From: an uncultured cyanobacterium
GTDB lineage: Bacteria; Cyanobacteriota; Cyanobacteriia; Cyanobacteriales; Microcystaceae
Reading direction: 5' to 3'
DNA: 64,000 nucleotides
Assembly (NCBI GenBank): GCA_963807635.1
Contig: CAWEDJ010000031.1
Location: forward strand, 31,032-95,031
Each line of letters starts with the position of its first letter. Position 1 is the first letter of the stretch. The notes below the pieces were generated by a model. That model saw only the letters and a program-made list of their open reading frames with translations, had not been told where the DNA came from and made no database searches. A program made the position numbers and the translations under genes. Of the stretch, positions 54,788 through 64,000 are shown in pieces.

Positions 54788-55993
54788 ATGGATTTACTAG
54801 AATACCAAGCCAAAGAGCTTTTTCAAAAAGTAGGCATCCCCACTTTGCCTTCTCAAACGATCCACGATATTGGCGAGTTAAAACGCTTGCACATTCCCTA
54901 TCCAGTCGTTTTAAAATCCCAAGTCCGAGCAGGGGGGCGGGGCAAGATAGGCGGTATTCGCTTTGTGGAAAATACTATCGATGGGATCGCGGCGGCTTCA
55001 GCAATTTTCAATCTTCCCATTTCCAATGAATATCCAGAGGTGATTTTAGCAGAAGCCCATTACGATAGCCAATCAGAATTCTTTTTAGCGATCGTGCTAG
55101 ATTATCAACTCCAATGTCCTGTTTTGTTGGGTTCTAGTAAAGGTGGCATGGATGTAGATACTCTCCTACAAAATATGGAAAAAGTCGTATTGACCGATGA
55201 TTTTTCTGCCTTCCATGCGCGACATCTGGCGGTCAAAATGGGACTAACAGGAGAATTAATTGCAGTCGTGAGTGATATTGTCGAAAAAATGTATCATCTC
55301 TTTTTGTCTGCTGATTTAGATATTATTGAAATTAATCCGCTAGGAGTTAAAAATAACGGGGAAGTCATGGCCCTCGATGGCAAAATTGCTATCAATGATT
55401 CAGCGATCGCCCGTCATCCCGATTTATCTTTATGGACTCATCACGAACTCAATTTTGCGTCTCCCCTACGATTGCTCAAAGGCGACATAAAATCGGGGGA
55501 AATTGGCTTAATTTGTAATAGTTATGGATTAGCTCTCAGTAGTTGGGATTTAATCCGAGAACAGCAGGGCAAGTTAGCAGGAGCCTTAATTTTAGAGGAT
55601 AATCATCCAAGCTTGTCTCTACTTAATCAGTTAGAACTCGCCCTAGAAAAAATGAGAGAATTACCCAAGCTAAAGGTCATTTTTATCAATATTTTAGGGA
55701 CTACCGAAACGTCGGAAATCGTCGCTGAGGTGATTTCTCAGTATCTCCAACCCGCCATCTTGCCCAGGAGTGATGACCGCATGACCAGGCCAACGGGGGC
55801 AAATTCCCTTGGTAGGGAGCGATCGCCAATGAAGGAAAATTCAAACCGAGAATACGTCCCCATCGTCATCCGATTAGTTAAGGGAAATTTAGAACCCTTT
55901 CAAGCAAAAGTTTCCGCTCTACCCATTTATTGGAACAGTTTTTTAGAACAGTGTATTGCCGATACTCTCTCCCTGGTGGATTCTGATGCTTAA
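54788..55993 (+). CDS. sucC: Succinyl-CoA synthetase beta subunit (divergent)
   Basis: MDLLEYQAKELF, KSQVRAGGRGK, EINPL, ALDGK. Confidence 0.9.
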   Translation: MDLLEYQAKELFQKVGIPTLPSQTIHDIGELKRLHIPYPVVLKSQVRAGGRGKIGGIRFVENTIDGIAAASAIFNLPISNEYPEVILAEAHYDSQSEFFLAIVLDYQLQCPVLLGSSKGGMDVDTLLQNMEKVVLTDDFSAFHARHLAVKMGLTGELIAVVSDIVEKMYHLFLSADLDIIEINPLGVKNNGEVMALDGKIAINDSAIARHPDLSLWTHHELNFASPLRLLKGDIKSGEIGLICNSYGLALSSWDLIREQQGKLAGALILEDNHPSLSLLNQLELALEKMRELPKLKVIFINILGTTETSEIVAEVISQYLQPAILPRSDDRMTRPTGANSLGRERSPMKENSNREYVPIVIRLVKGNLEPFQAKVSALPIYWNSFLEQCIADTLSLVDSDA

Positions 55994-56087
55994 AAATCAA
56001 TTTTAGCGAATCATACATTACTCAACCTTCAAAACTTAGAATAGTCAGTAACGGATTACTATTAAACTGACAATACGTTGTGCGCTC

Positions 56088-56138
56088 GATCCCCCCTGCC
56101 CCCCTTATTAAGGGGGGTGTCCGTAGGACGGGGGGATC
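56088..56138. repeat. Cyanobacterial GC-rich nested palindromic element
   Basis: gatcccccc...cccccctt-att-aagggggg...ggggggatc. Confidence 0.75.
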
Positions 56139-56172
56139 TCATCACTTTTAAGCCCCATCTACTTACGTTTTT

Positions 56173-57090
56173 ATGAAATGGCAACCCGACAGCAAAGTTT
56201 TATTACAAGGTATTAACCATCCCCTGGGAACCTATTATGCAACCCAGATGAAAGACTATGGAACCCAATTAGTCGCGGGGGTGAGTGTGGGTCAGGGGGG
56301 AGAAGTTTTAGGAGATATTCCTATTTTTGATTTAGTGGAAGAAGCAGTCAATCAATTCGGCACCATAGAGATGAGCGTTATTCTTAACCCCGCCTATGAA
56401 GTGTTGGATGCCGCCCTAGAAGCGATCGCGGCGGGAATTAAGCAATTGATTATTGTTTCGTCGGGGGTTCCTCCCTTGGACATGATCTCGCTTTTAAGAA
56501 AAGCAGAAACCAGCCATACGTTTATTCTGGGTTCAGGAAGTCAGGGATTACTGATTCCCGATAAATTGAGTGTCGGGACGTTAGATGTTAGTAGTTATAG
56601 CTCTGGTAAAGTGGGTATTATTAGCCACTGCGATGCCCTCACCGATGACATTGCCCGTGAATTAACCCAGGCGGGTTTGGGTCAATCCTTCGTCGTTAGC
56701 TTGGGAACTGACGGTCTAATCGGCTCTAATTTTGAGCAATGGTTACAGGTTCTTGAAGAAGATGAACAAACGCAAGTGATCCTCCTCCTCGGTCAACCCA
56801 ATAGTAATGGGGAAATGAAAGCGGCTGACTATATTGCCTCCGCGATCGAAAAACCCGTTATTGGTTATTTAGCAGGGCGTTACGCCACCTTAGATAAGCA
56901 TTTTGGGGACTCAACGACGATTATTGCGAATCAACTTTCCCAGGTCTTCCCCGCCATCAACAGCGTCCAAAAAACCATTATCGCCTTTGAAAACGCCAAA
57001 ATTCCCGTCACCAAAAAACCTTGGGAATTACCCAGTTTAATTAAAACGGCTCTCAATAAGCCAAAGCTAGTTGACAAAGAAGACTCCTGA
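56173..57090 (+). CDS. sucD: Succinyl-CoA synthetase alpha subunit (divergent)
   Basis: VLLQGI, YGTQLVAGV, GLGQS, KPVIGYLAG; follows sucC. Confidence 0.85.
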   Translation: MKWQPDSKVLLQGINHPLGTYYATQMKDYGTQLVAGVSVGQGGEVLGDIPIFDLVEEAVNQFGTIEMSVILNPAYEVLDAALEAIAAGIKQLIIVSSGVPPLDMISLLRKAETSHTFILGSGSQGLLIPDKLSVGTLDVSSYSSGKVGIISHCDALTDDIARELTQAGLGQSFVVSLGTDGLIGSNFEQWLQVLEEDEQTQVILLLGQPNSNGEMKAADYIASAIEKPVIGYLAGRYATLDKHFGDSTTIIANQLSQVFPAINSVQKTIIAFENAKIPVTKKPWELPSLIKTALNKPKLVDKEDS

Positions 57091-57104
57091 GAAGTCTCGA
57101 ATTT

Positions 57105-57659
57105 CTATAATTTCTGCTTAATAAAAGCAACCAATTGGGACAATTGTTTCTTTAACGTCTCCATTTCTCCATTCATCTTGGCCATTTGTTGTTTTAATGC
57201 CTGAATCTCGGCGGCCATCGTAGCCGCATCCCCAGCCGCAACGGGGGGAATTCCTGCATCTGTGGTAGGTGGCTTAGGATGTTTTTTGGCCTTCGCCATC
57301 GCTTCCTTAATAGCCGAGACCAATTCCCTCTGTTCAAAGGGTTTTTCAACAAAGGCAAAATATTCAAAAGGCTCAGACAGTTTCTCTAAAACCTCTCCCT
57401 TTCTTCCAGACATCAAAACCAGGGGAATACTTTTCATTGCGTATTCTTTTTGCACTTCCTGATAGACTTCCCAACCACCCATTTTGGGTAAGAGCCAATC
57501 CAATAAAATTAGATTCGGTTTTTCACTGCGAATCATGTTATACCCTTCGATGCCGTCTCTTGCCTCTAGTACCTCAAAGTTGCCCTGGGGTAGCATATCC
57601 CGAACTCGCATCCGAATAACTTTGCTGTCATCAATGACCAAGATTTTATGGGTTGACAC
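57105..57659 (-). CDS. Response regulator (receiver domain + C-terminal coiled coil)
   Basis: LVIDDS, LLDWLLP, KPF. Confidence 0.9.
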   Translation of the reverse strand: MSTHKILVIDDSKVIRMRVRDMLPQGNFEVLEARDGIEGYNMIRSEKPNLILLDWLLPKMGGWEVYQEVQKEYAMKSIPLVLMSGRKGEVLEKLSEPFEYFAFVEKPFEQRELVSAIKEAMAKAKKHPKPPTTDAGIPPVAAGDAATMAAEIQALKQQMAKMNGEMETLKKQLSQLVAFIKQKL

Positions 57660-57801
57660 AAGAGACTCTCCTTAGTAAATGTTCACTACTTTAGCAATTT
57701 ATCCGATTTTATTCGCAACAATTATAGTACTAGCTCGATTTTATCCCAATTTTTTGGGCGTATTGAGAAATAGGGGGACAAAAACCCCGCAAAATCAGCC
57801 G

Positions 57802-58674
57802 TTAAAAATCCGCCAGACTAGCGATATTTTTGAGGGTGATATCGGGACAAGTCCGTTTTACCAAACCGACCAAAACCTTCCCTGGCCCCACTTCCCAAAC
57901 TTCATTAATCTTTAATTCAGAAAATTGCAACATAATTTCTCGCCACCGTACCGAACCTGTCATTTGTTTTAATAAACGATCTTTAAGTCTCTGTCCTTGG
58001 GTTTCGGGAGTGGGATCAACATTAGAAAAAACGGGACAAAGGGCATCATTAAAGGCCACATTGTCCAAAACAACTTGAAATTTTTGGGCCGAGTCTGCCA
58101 TCAAAGGAGAATGGAAAGCTCCTGAAACTTTGAGGGGAACTGCTCGTTTGGCATTGATTTGACTTAAGGCGCTGTCAACGGCTTCGGGGGTTCCAGAAAT
58201 GACCACTTGTTCTTCGCTATTGTCGTTCGCTAATACTAAATTCGGGGTAGCATCAATGACTTCTTGTAACTGCGATCGCTCAAATTTCATTAGGGCGGCC
58301 ATTTTTCCCCCCTCTGCTTCGTTCATTAACATCGCCCTTTGTTTGACTAAAGTTAAACCTGTGGCAAAATCAAACACGCCCGCCGCATAGAGAGCCGAAT
58401 ATTCCCCTAAGCTATGACCTGCCACAAAATCAGGACAATATTCCTTTTTTTTGAGTAAATCCGTCAGAATACTTTCTATCACGTATAAACAGGGCTGGGT
58501 GTAGAGGGTTTGGGATAATTCAGTTTCGTCCCCATTACATTTTTCCGTCACAGACCAACCCAGAATTTGTTCTGCTTCTGTTAGTTTGCTCTTCGCTAGG
58601 GGGAGTTCACCAAGGTCGCTTCCCATCCCGATCGCCTGGGAGCCTTGTCCTGGAAATAGCCACGCTATTGTCAT
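57802..58674 (-). CDS. fabD: Malonyl-CoA:ACP transacylase
   Basis: FPGQGSQ, GHSLGEY, GAFHS. Confidence 0.97.
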   Translation of the reverse strand: MTIAWLFPGQGSQAIGMGSDLGELPLAKSKLTEAEQILGWSVTEKCNGDETELSQTLYTQPCLYVIESILTDLLKKKEYCPDFVAGHSLGEYSALYAAGVFDFATGLTLVKQRAMLMNEAEGGKMAALMKFERSQLQEVIDATPNLVLANDNSEEQVVISGTPEAVDSALSQINAKRAVPLKVSGAFHSPLMADSAQKFQVVLDNVAFNDALCPVFSNVDPTPETQGQRLKDRLLKQMTGSVRWREIMLQFSELKINEVWEVGPGKVLVGLVKRTCPDITLKNIASLADF

Positions 58675-58767
58675 TGATGATTCAGTAATAATTAACGGCG
58701 GGTCAATTATACCAAGGTTTGAAGGGGCATTTTGAAGTTTTGTCGAAAATCAGAAAGATAGGGAGCG

Positions 58768-58797
58768 ATCGCAATAAATCGCAATAAATCGCAATAA
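58768..58797 (+). repeat. 10-bp tandem repeat x3 starting within a HIP1 site
   Basis: (atcgcaataa)3. Confidence 0.8.
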
Positions 58798-58874
58798 ATT
58801 ACAATCAATTAAAGTATTCAAGAAATTTGCGTTAAATTAACAATACTGGCATTTAATTCTGTCAAACCACGACT

Positions 58875-59189
58875 ATGGCGATCACGATTGAATCCGATTT
58901 AAAGGAATATTTAGTTAAATTTGAGCAAAAGCTGGACAATTTACAAAAAGATGTAGGGGACGTTAAAGTTGCGATCGCAAAGCTAGAAGGCGAACTAAAA
59001 AGTGACATGAAAAGTCTTGAGGGTGAACTGAAGGGGGATATTAAAGCCCTAGATGCCAAAATGGACGGTATTAGTAAGCGATTAGATACCCAGGAATTTA
59101 TTAATCGCTCGGTGGTGGTGGGAGTCGTGCTTGCGCTGATTGTGGGGGTAGTCAAATGGCTGTATCCCGATTTTTCAGGTAAATTTTAA
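58875..59189 (+). CDS. Small coiled-coil protein with C-terminal membrane anchor
   Basis: 11-residue repeat LEGELKSDMKS/LEGELKGDIKA, then a hydrophobic tail. Confidence 0.75.
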   Translation: MAITIESDLKEYLVKFEQKLDNLQKDVGDVKVAIAKLEGELKSDMKSLEGELKGDIKALDAKMDGISKRLDTQEFINRSVVVGVVLALIVGVVKWLYPDFSGKF

Positions 59190-59269
59190 CTCTTAGTCCC
59201 GAAGAAGTCCCGAAGGTGAATTTTAGAATGAGTTATTATTGCCTTAGAGAAAACTATACGCCTTTGACT

Positions 59270-60027
59270 ATGACCTCTGAGCTTGCTCCCTTCAATCAGT
59301 CTGATTCCGCGAGCGCCGAAACCCATCCCGTCGAATTGATCCGTTTGGAATCTATCTCTAAGGTCTATGGCAAGGGAGAAGCAATAGTTCATGCCCTTTC
59401 TAATGTGCATCTCAGCATTAATCAGGGAGAATATTGCGCCATTATGGGGGCATCAGGTTCGGGCAAATCCACCATGATGAACATGATTGGTTGTTTGGAT
59501 CGCCCTACCGCAGGTCGTTATTACCTCGATGGATTAGATGTCTCCGAACTGACTGAAGATGAACTGGCGGCTGTGCGGAATCGCAAAATCGGTTTTGTCT
59601 TTCAGCAATTTTATTTGCTCAATCAAATGTCAGCTCTCGAAAACGTGATGTTGCCGATGGTTTATGCGGGTGTTCCCCTGGAATCGAGAAAAATACGGCC
59701 AAGGAAGCGTTGTTTCGAGTGGGTTTAGAAAATCGTTTATACAATAAACCCAATCAGTTATCGGGGGGACAACAACAACGGGTCGCTATTGCGAGAGCGA
59801 TCGTTAATCATCCCTTGCTCATTTTGGCCGATGAACCGACGGGAGCCTTGGATTCCCACACTACCAAAGAAGTATTGGGCATTTTTGAGGAACTAAATCA
59901 AAGCGGCATCACCATTGTCATTGTCACCCACGAAGCTGATGTGGCTAGCCATACTCAACGCATTATTTGGTTTCAGGATGGTCGCATCAAATCCGAGGAA
60001 CGCCAGCCCTTTGCCCATAATACATAG
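59270..60027 (+). CDS. ABC transporter ATP-binding protein (LolD/MacB-like); frameshift near 59690
   Basis: GASGSGKS, LSGGQQQR, LADEPTGALD. Confidence 0.92.
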
Positions 60028-60224
60028 CAATCTTAAAATCTTAAAATTTATCAATACTAAAAAATTTTGTATGCGGGGACTAAGATTCGTTTTTTCTCTC
60101 TCCCTTGGTAAGTAGGCTGGTTTCAGAGAAAAGCCTCTGGGGTTACCCAATCAGAATTTGAGAAACGCGATCGCAGATTACTTTCGCATTACAATTAAAC
60201 CAGCAGAAATCTGGAAATTGAGTT

Positions 60225-62970
60225 ATGTTTCAGTCCCTCGCCGAATTTTCCCCCGATCGCGCCTACGACATTCTACGCTCCCAGGATCAACCCCTGGAAC
60301 CCATTTTTAATCCCAAAACCGTAGCTGTTGTCGGAGCAACCGATAAACCCAATAGCGTGGGCCGTACCCTCATCTGGAATTTGGTGAGCAATCCCTTCGG
60401 GGGCAGTATTTATCCCGTCAATCCTAAACGGAGTCAGGTGTTGGGCATTCCCGCCTATCCTACTTTAAAATCCATTCCCGTCGAGATTGATTTAGCGATT
60501 ATTGCCACACCCGCCGCCACTATTCCCGCAATTATTACCGAATGTGTGGAAAAAGGAGTCAAGGGAGTCATTATTATTTCGGCAGGTTTTCGGGAAATTG
60601 GGCCAATGGGGCAGGAACTCGAACGCCAGATCAAAGAAATTGCCCTCGGTAAATTACGGATTATTGGCCCGAATTGTCTTGGTATCATGAATCCCTTGAT
60701 CGGATTGAATGCTACTTTTGCGGGGAAAATGGCTCATCCTGGTAACTTAGGCTTCATTAGTCAGAGCGGGGCTTTATGTACTGCCGTATTAGACTGGAGT
60801 TTTCCTGAAAATGTAGGATTTAGCTCTTTTATTTCCATTGGTTCCATGCTGGATGTGGACTGGGGAGATCTCATTTACTATCTCGGTGATGATCCCCATA
60901 CTCAGGCGATCGCGATTTATATGGAATCCATCGGCGATGCCCGTTCCTTTCTGTCGGCGGCCAGGGAAGTTGCCCTGACCAAACCCATTGTTTTGATTAA
61001 AGCGGGTCAAACGGAAGCCTCAGCCAAGGCGGCCAGTTCCCATACAGGGGCTTTAGCAGGCAGTAAGGATGTTTTAGATGCGGCCTTTCGACGCTGTGGA
61101 GTATTGCAAATTGAACGCATTTCTGAATTGTTTGATCTCGCTGAAGTTTTTGCCAAACAACCTCGTCGTCCCACAGGGCCAAAACTAACGATTATTACCA
61201 ATGCGGGCGGGCCTGGGGTTTTAGCAACCGATGCCCTGGTTTGTACAGGCGGACAGTTAACGGAATTAGAGAATACGACAATTGAAAAACTGAATCAGGT
61301 TTTACCGACCCATTGGAGTCATAGTAATCCCATTGATATTTTGGGAGATGCGGGGCCTGAACGGTATGCCCAGGCGTTAGATATTGCCCTTCAAGACCCA
61401 AATACCGATGGTTTATTGGTGATTTTGACTCCCCAGGCCATGACCGATCCGACTCAAACGGCCAAGGAATTATGTGTCTATGCGAAAAATACGACCAAAC
61501 CGATTATTGCTAGTTGGATGGGGGGCGAAGATGTCACGGAAGGGGAATTAATTCTGAATCAAAATCAAATTCCGACCTACCGTTATCCGGATGCGGCCGC
61601 CCGTTTATTCAATTTCATGTGGCGTTATAGCTACAATCTCAAGGGCATTTATGAAACTCCCACGCTACCGATTGATCATGAGAGAAACACCGATCGCGAT
61701 CGCGTCAAAGAGATTTTAGAGAATGCTTTATCCCAGAATCGAACTCTGCTAACGGAAGTCGAATCCAAGGATATTTTAAAAGCCTACGATATTCCCGTTG
61801 TCCCCACAGGTATTGCCCAAAGTTCGACCGAGGCGATCGCGTTGGCAGACTCAATGGGGTATCCCGTTGTTTTAAAACTCTGGTCAGAAACCATTACCCA
61901 TAAAACCGATGTGGGCGGGGTGCAATTAAACCTTTTAGAATCCGAATCTGTCCAATTAGCCTATGAAAAAATTCAGCAAAATGTCACCGAAAAAGCGGGA
62001 GCAGAACATTTTTTAGGGGTAACAGTCCAACCCATGCTCAATCCCGATGGTAGCTATGAATTAATCATTGGCAGTAGTCTGGATGCTCAATTTGGCCCTG
62101 TTTTAGTATTTGGGACAGGCGGCCAATTAGTTGAAATTTTTAAAGACCGTGCGATCGCCTTACCCCCCCTAAATACCACCCTGGCACGACGACTGATGGA
62201 GCAAACCAAGATTCTATGAAGCCCTAAAAGGAGTGAGAGGCCGTAAAGCGGTTGATTTAGAAGCCTTAGAAAAATTACTCGTCAAATTTAGTCAGCTAGT
62301 AGTTGAACAACCTCAAATCAAAGAAATTGACATTAACCCCCTGCTCGCCTCGGAGGAACGCCTATCCGCCCTAGATGCCCGTATTGTTCTCCATTCCGTC
62401 GAAACTCCTGACCATGAACTTTCTCGGACAGCAATCCGTCCTTATCCCCTCCAATACGTCACTCCCTGGCAGATGCCCAATGGTCAAAACGTCACCATTC
62501 GTCCCATCCGTCCCGAAGATGAACCTTTAATGATTCAATTTCATAAAACTCTTTCGGAACAAAGTCTTTATTTCCGTTATTTTCATTTGATGTCCCTGAG
62601 TTCTCGTATCGCTCACGAACGTCTAACCCGTCTTTGTTTTATTGACTATGACCGAGAAATGGCTTTGGTTGTGGAATCAGAAAATCCTGAAACGTTAGAA
62701 AAAGAAATTCTTGGGGTGGGACGCTTAACCAAACAACACGGCATTAATGAAGGAGAATTTGCCCTCTTAGTGAGTGATGCCTATCAACATCAAGGTTTAG
62801 GTACAATGTTATTAGAAAAATTGGTACAAGTGGGTCGGGATGAAAAATTAGCCGCCATTAAAGCAGAAATGCTCAAAGAAAACAGACCCATGCAACGAGT
62901 TTCCGAAAAAGTCGGTTTTCAGTTACAGCATACACCATCGGTCGTTCATGCAGAAATTCGCTTAATTTAG
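60225..62970 (+). CDS. Bifunctional acetate-CoA ligase-like / GNAT acetyltransferase (Pat-type); frameshift near 62215
   Basis: [34 protein letters not shown]-terminal GNAT (YQHQGLG). Confidence 0.92.
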
Positions 62971-63085
62971 ATGAGTTCCCCTATAGTATTAAGGATGTTT
63001 GAGAGTGTCTCATTATTGGGGAGCAAGTGCTAAATAATAAATCAACAGGTGAAATGATATAACTATTTACCATAACAATTCTGGA

Positions 63086-63905
63086 GTGGGTGTGGCAAAA
63101 AAAAGATTAGATCTATTATTAGTTGAACGTGATTTTTGTGAGTCTCGCGCTCTAGCCCAAAAATTAATTCGAGCAGGAGACGTTAAGGTTAATCAACATA
63201 TCATTGATAAGCCAGGAACAGAAATTAGTATCGAGGCGATTATTGAAGTCGCTAAAAAGCCGCCCTATGTTTCACGGGGAGGAGAAAAATTAGCCAAGGC
63301 ATTAACATTTTTCTCAATTTCTGTTGACCAAAGAATTTGTTTAGACGGGGGGATTTCTACGGGGGGTTTTACAGATTGTTTGTTGCAATCAGGTGCATCA
63401 AAAGTTTATGGAGTAGATGTGGGCTATGGACAAGTTGCCTGGACATTACGACAGGATGAAAGGGTCATTTTAAAAGAACGCACTAATTTTCGGCATTTAA
63501 CTCCTGAAAGCCTTTATGGAGAAGAAAGATTTGCGGATTTTGCTGTAATGGATCTATCTTTTATTTCTTTAAAAAAAGTGCTAGAACCGCTTTGGAATTT
63601 ATTAGTTGAACCCAAAGAAGTCATTTTATTAGTCAAACCACAGTTTGAAGTCGGGCGATCGCGTCTGGGAAAAAATGGTGTTGTCGCGATTCTAAGGATC
63701 AAGCAGATGCGATTTATCAGGTATTAAATGAGGCTCAAAAGCAAGGTTGGTTATATGCGGGTCTAACCTATTCGCCGATTAAGGGGCTGCGGGAAATATC
63801 GAATATTTGCTCTGGTTAAAACAAACATCAGAAGTTTCAACACCATCTTTAGAACAAATTCAGTTGTTGACCCAACAGACAATGCAAACTTTAAGTCATG
63901 AATGA
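63086..63905 (+). CDS. tlyA: TlyA-family rRNA (cytidine-2'-O)-methyltransferase; frameshifts near 63685 and 63785
   Basis: S4 domain, YVSRGGEKL, STGGFTD, LVKPQFE, GNIEYL. Confidence 0.92.
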
Positions 63906-64000
63906 CAATCTATCCCAAAAATACGATCGCAGAAATGACCATGTTTTAGCTTGCCTGGTGTGATACGTCTGGCGATCGCAGTCCTACAGAAAAATGTCCA

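Larger units (their letters stand above)
676..63979. repeat. HIP1 octamer GCGATCGC dispersed throughout the window
   Basis: Dozens of copies in coding and intergenic DNA (e.g. 676, 7487, 10755, 47873, 47903, 50033). Confidence 0.95.

Noticed and set aside
59270..60027. ABC ATPase without adjacent permease
   Set aside because: Scattered ABC components are common in cyanobacteria
2330..63905. Split genes as pseudogenes or programmed frameshifts
   Set aside because: Too many, include essential genes, and show no shared slippery motif; assembly error is the simpler explanation
1..64000. tRNA or rRNA genes
   Set aside because: No cloverleaf or rRNA-like sequence recognised by eye; tRNAscan-SE/Infernal would be needed to exclude them

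Overview
Cyanobacterial chromosomal segment: the HIP1 octamer GCGATCGC is very frequent and the ribosomal gene order is cyanobacterial; a unicellular chroococcalean-type host is inferred. Layout: (i) 1-12.6 kb accessory sulfatase cluster (BASS transporter end, DUF1622, two DUF202, pentapeptide protein, radical-SAM sulfatase maturase, two Cys-type sulfatases, HAD hydrolase, MarC, DUF4345, an outer-membrane barrel with a long coiled-coil insert); (ii) 12.6-23.9 kb mixed genes (SpoIIM, GH57, Tat metallophosphoesterase, peroxiredoxin, galE, PEP-CTERM-like protein) plus an IS remnant with a nested MITE; (iii) 24.0-41.3 kb minus-strand ribosomal superoperon rplC to rpmE, interrupted between adk and infA by an un-called, divergent MNT-like/HEPN gene pair; (iv) 41.9-64 kb Uma2, panD, tldD/tldE, an AT-rich ABC-ATPase + putative nuclease pair, SWIM protein, divergent sucCD, fabD, Pat-type acetyltransferase and tlyA. 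About 20 genes, including essential ones (secY, rplB, rpsC, rplD, infA), carry small indels that are almost certainly sequencing/assembly errors, so frameshifts alone are not treated as pseudogenisation. Best candidates for novelty: the HEPN module inside the ribosomal operon, the ATPase-nuclease pair, the coiled-coil beta-barrel, a small basic/acidic gene pair in the sulfatase operon, an NtcA-type promoter driving a 61-aa protein, and a SucD lacking the catalytic His. All calls are from visual motif recognition; no searches were run.
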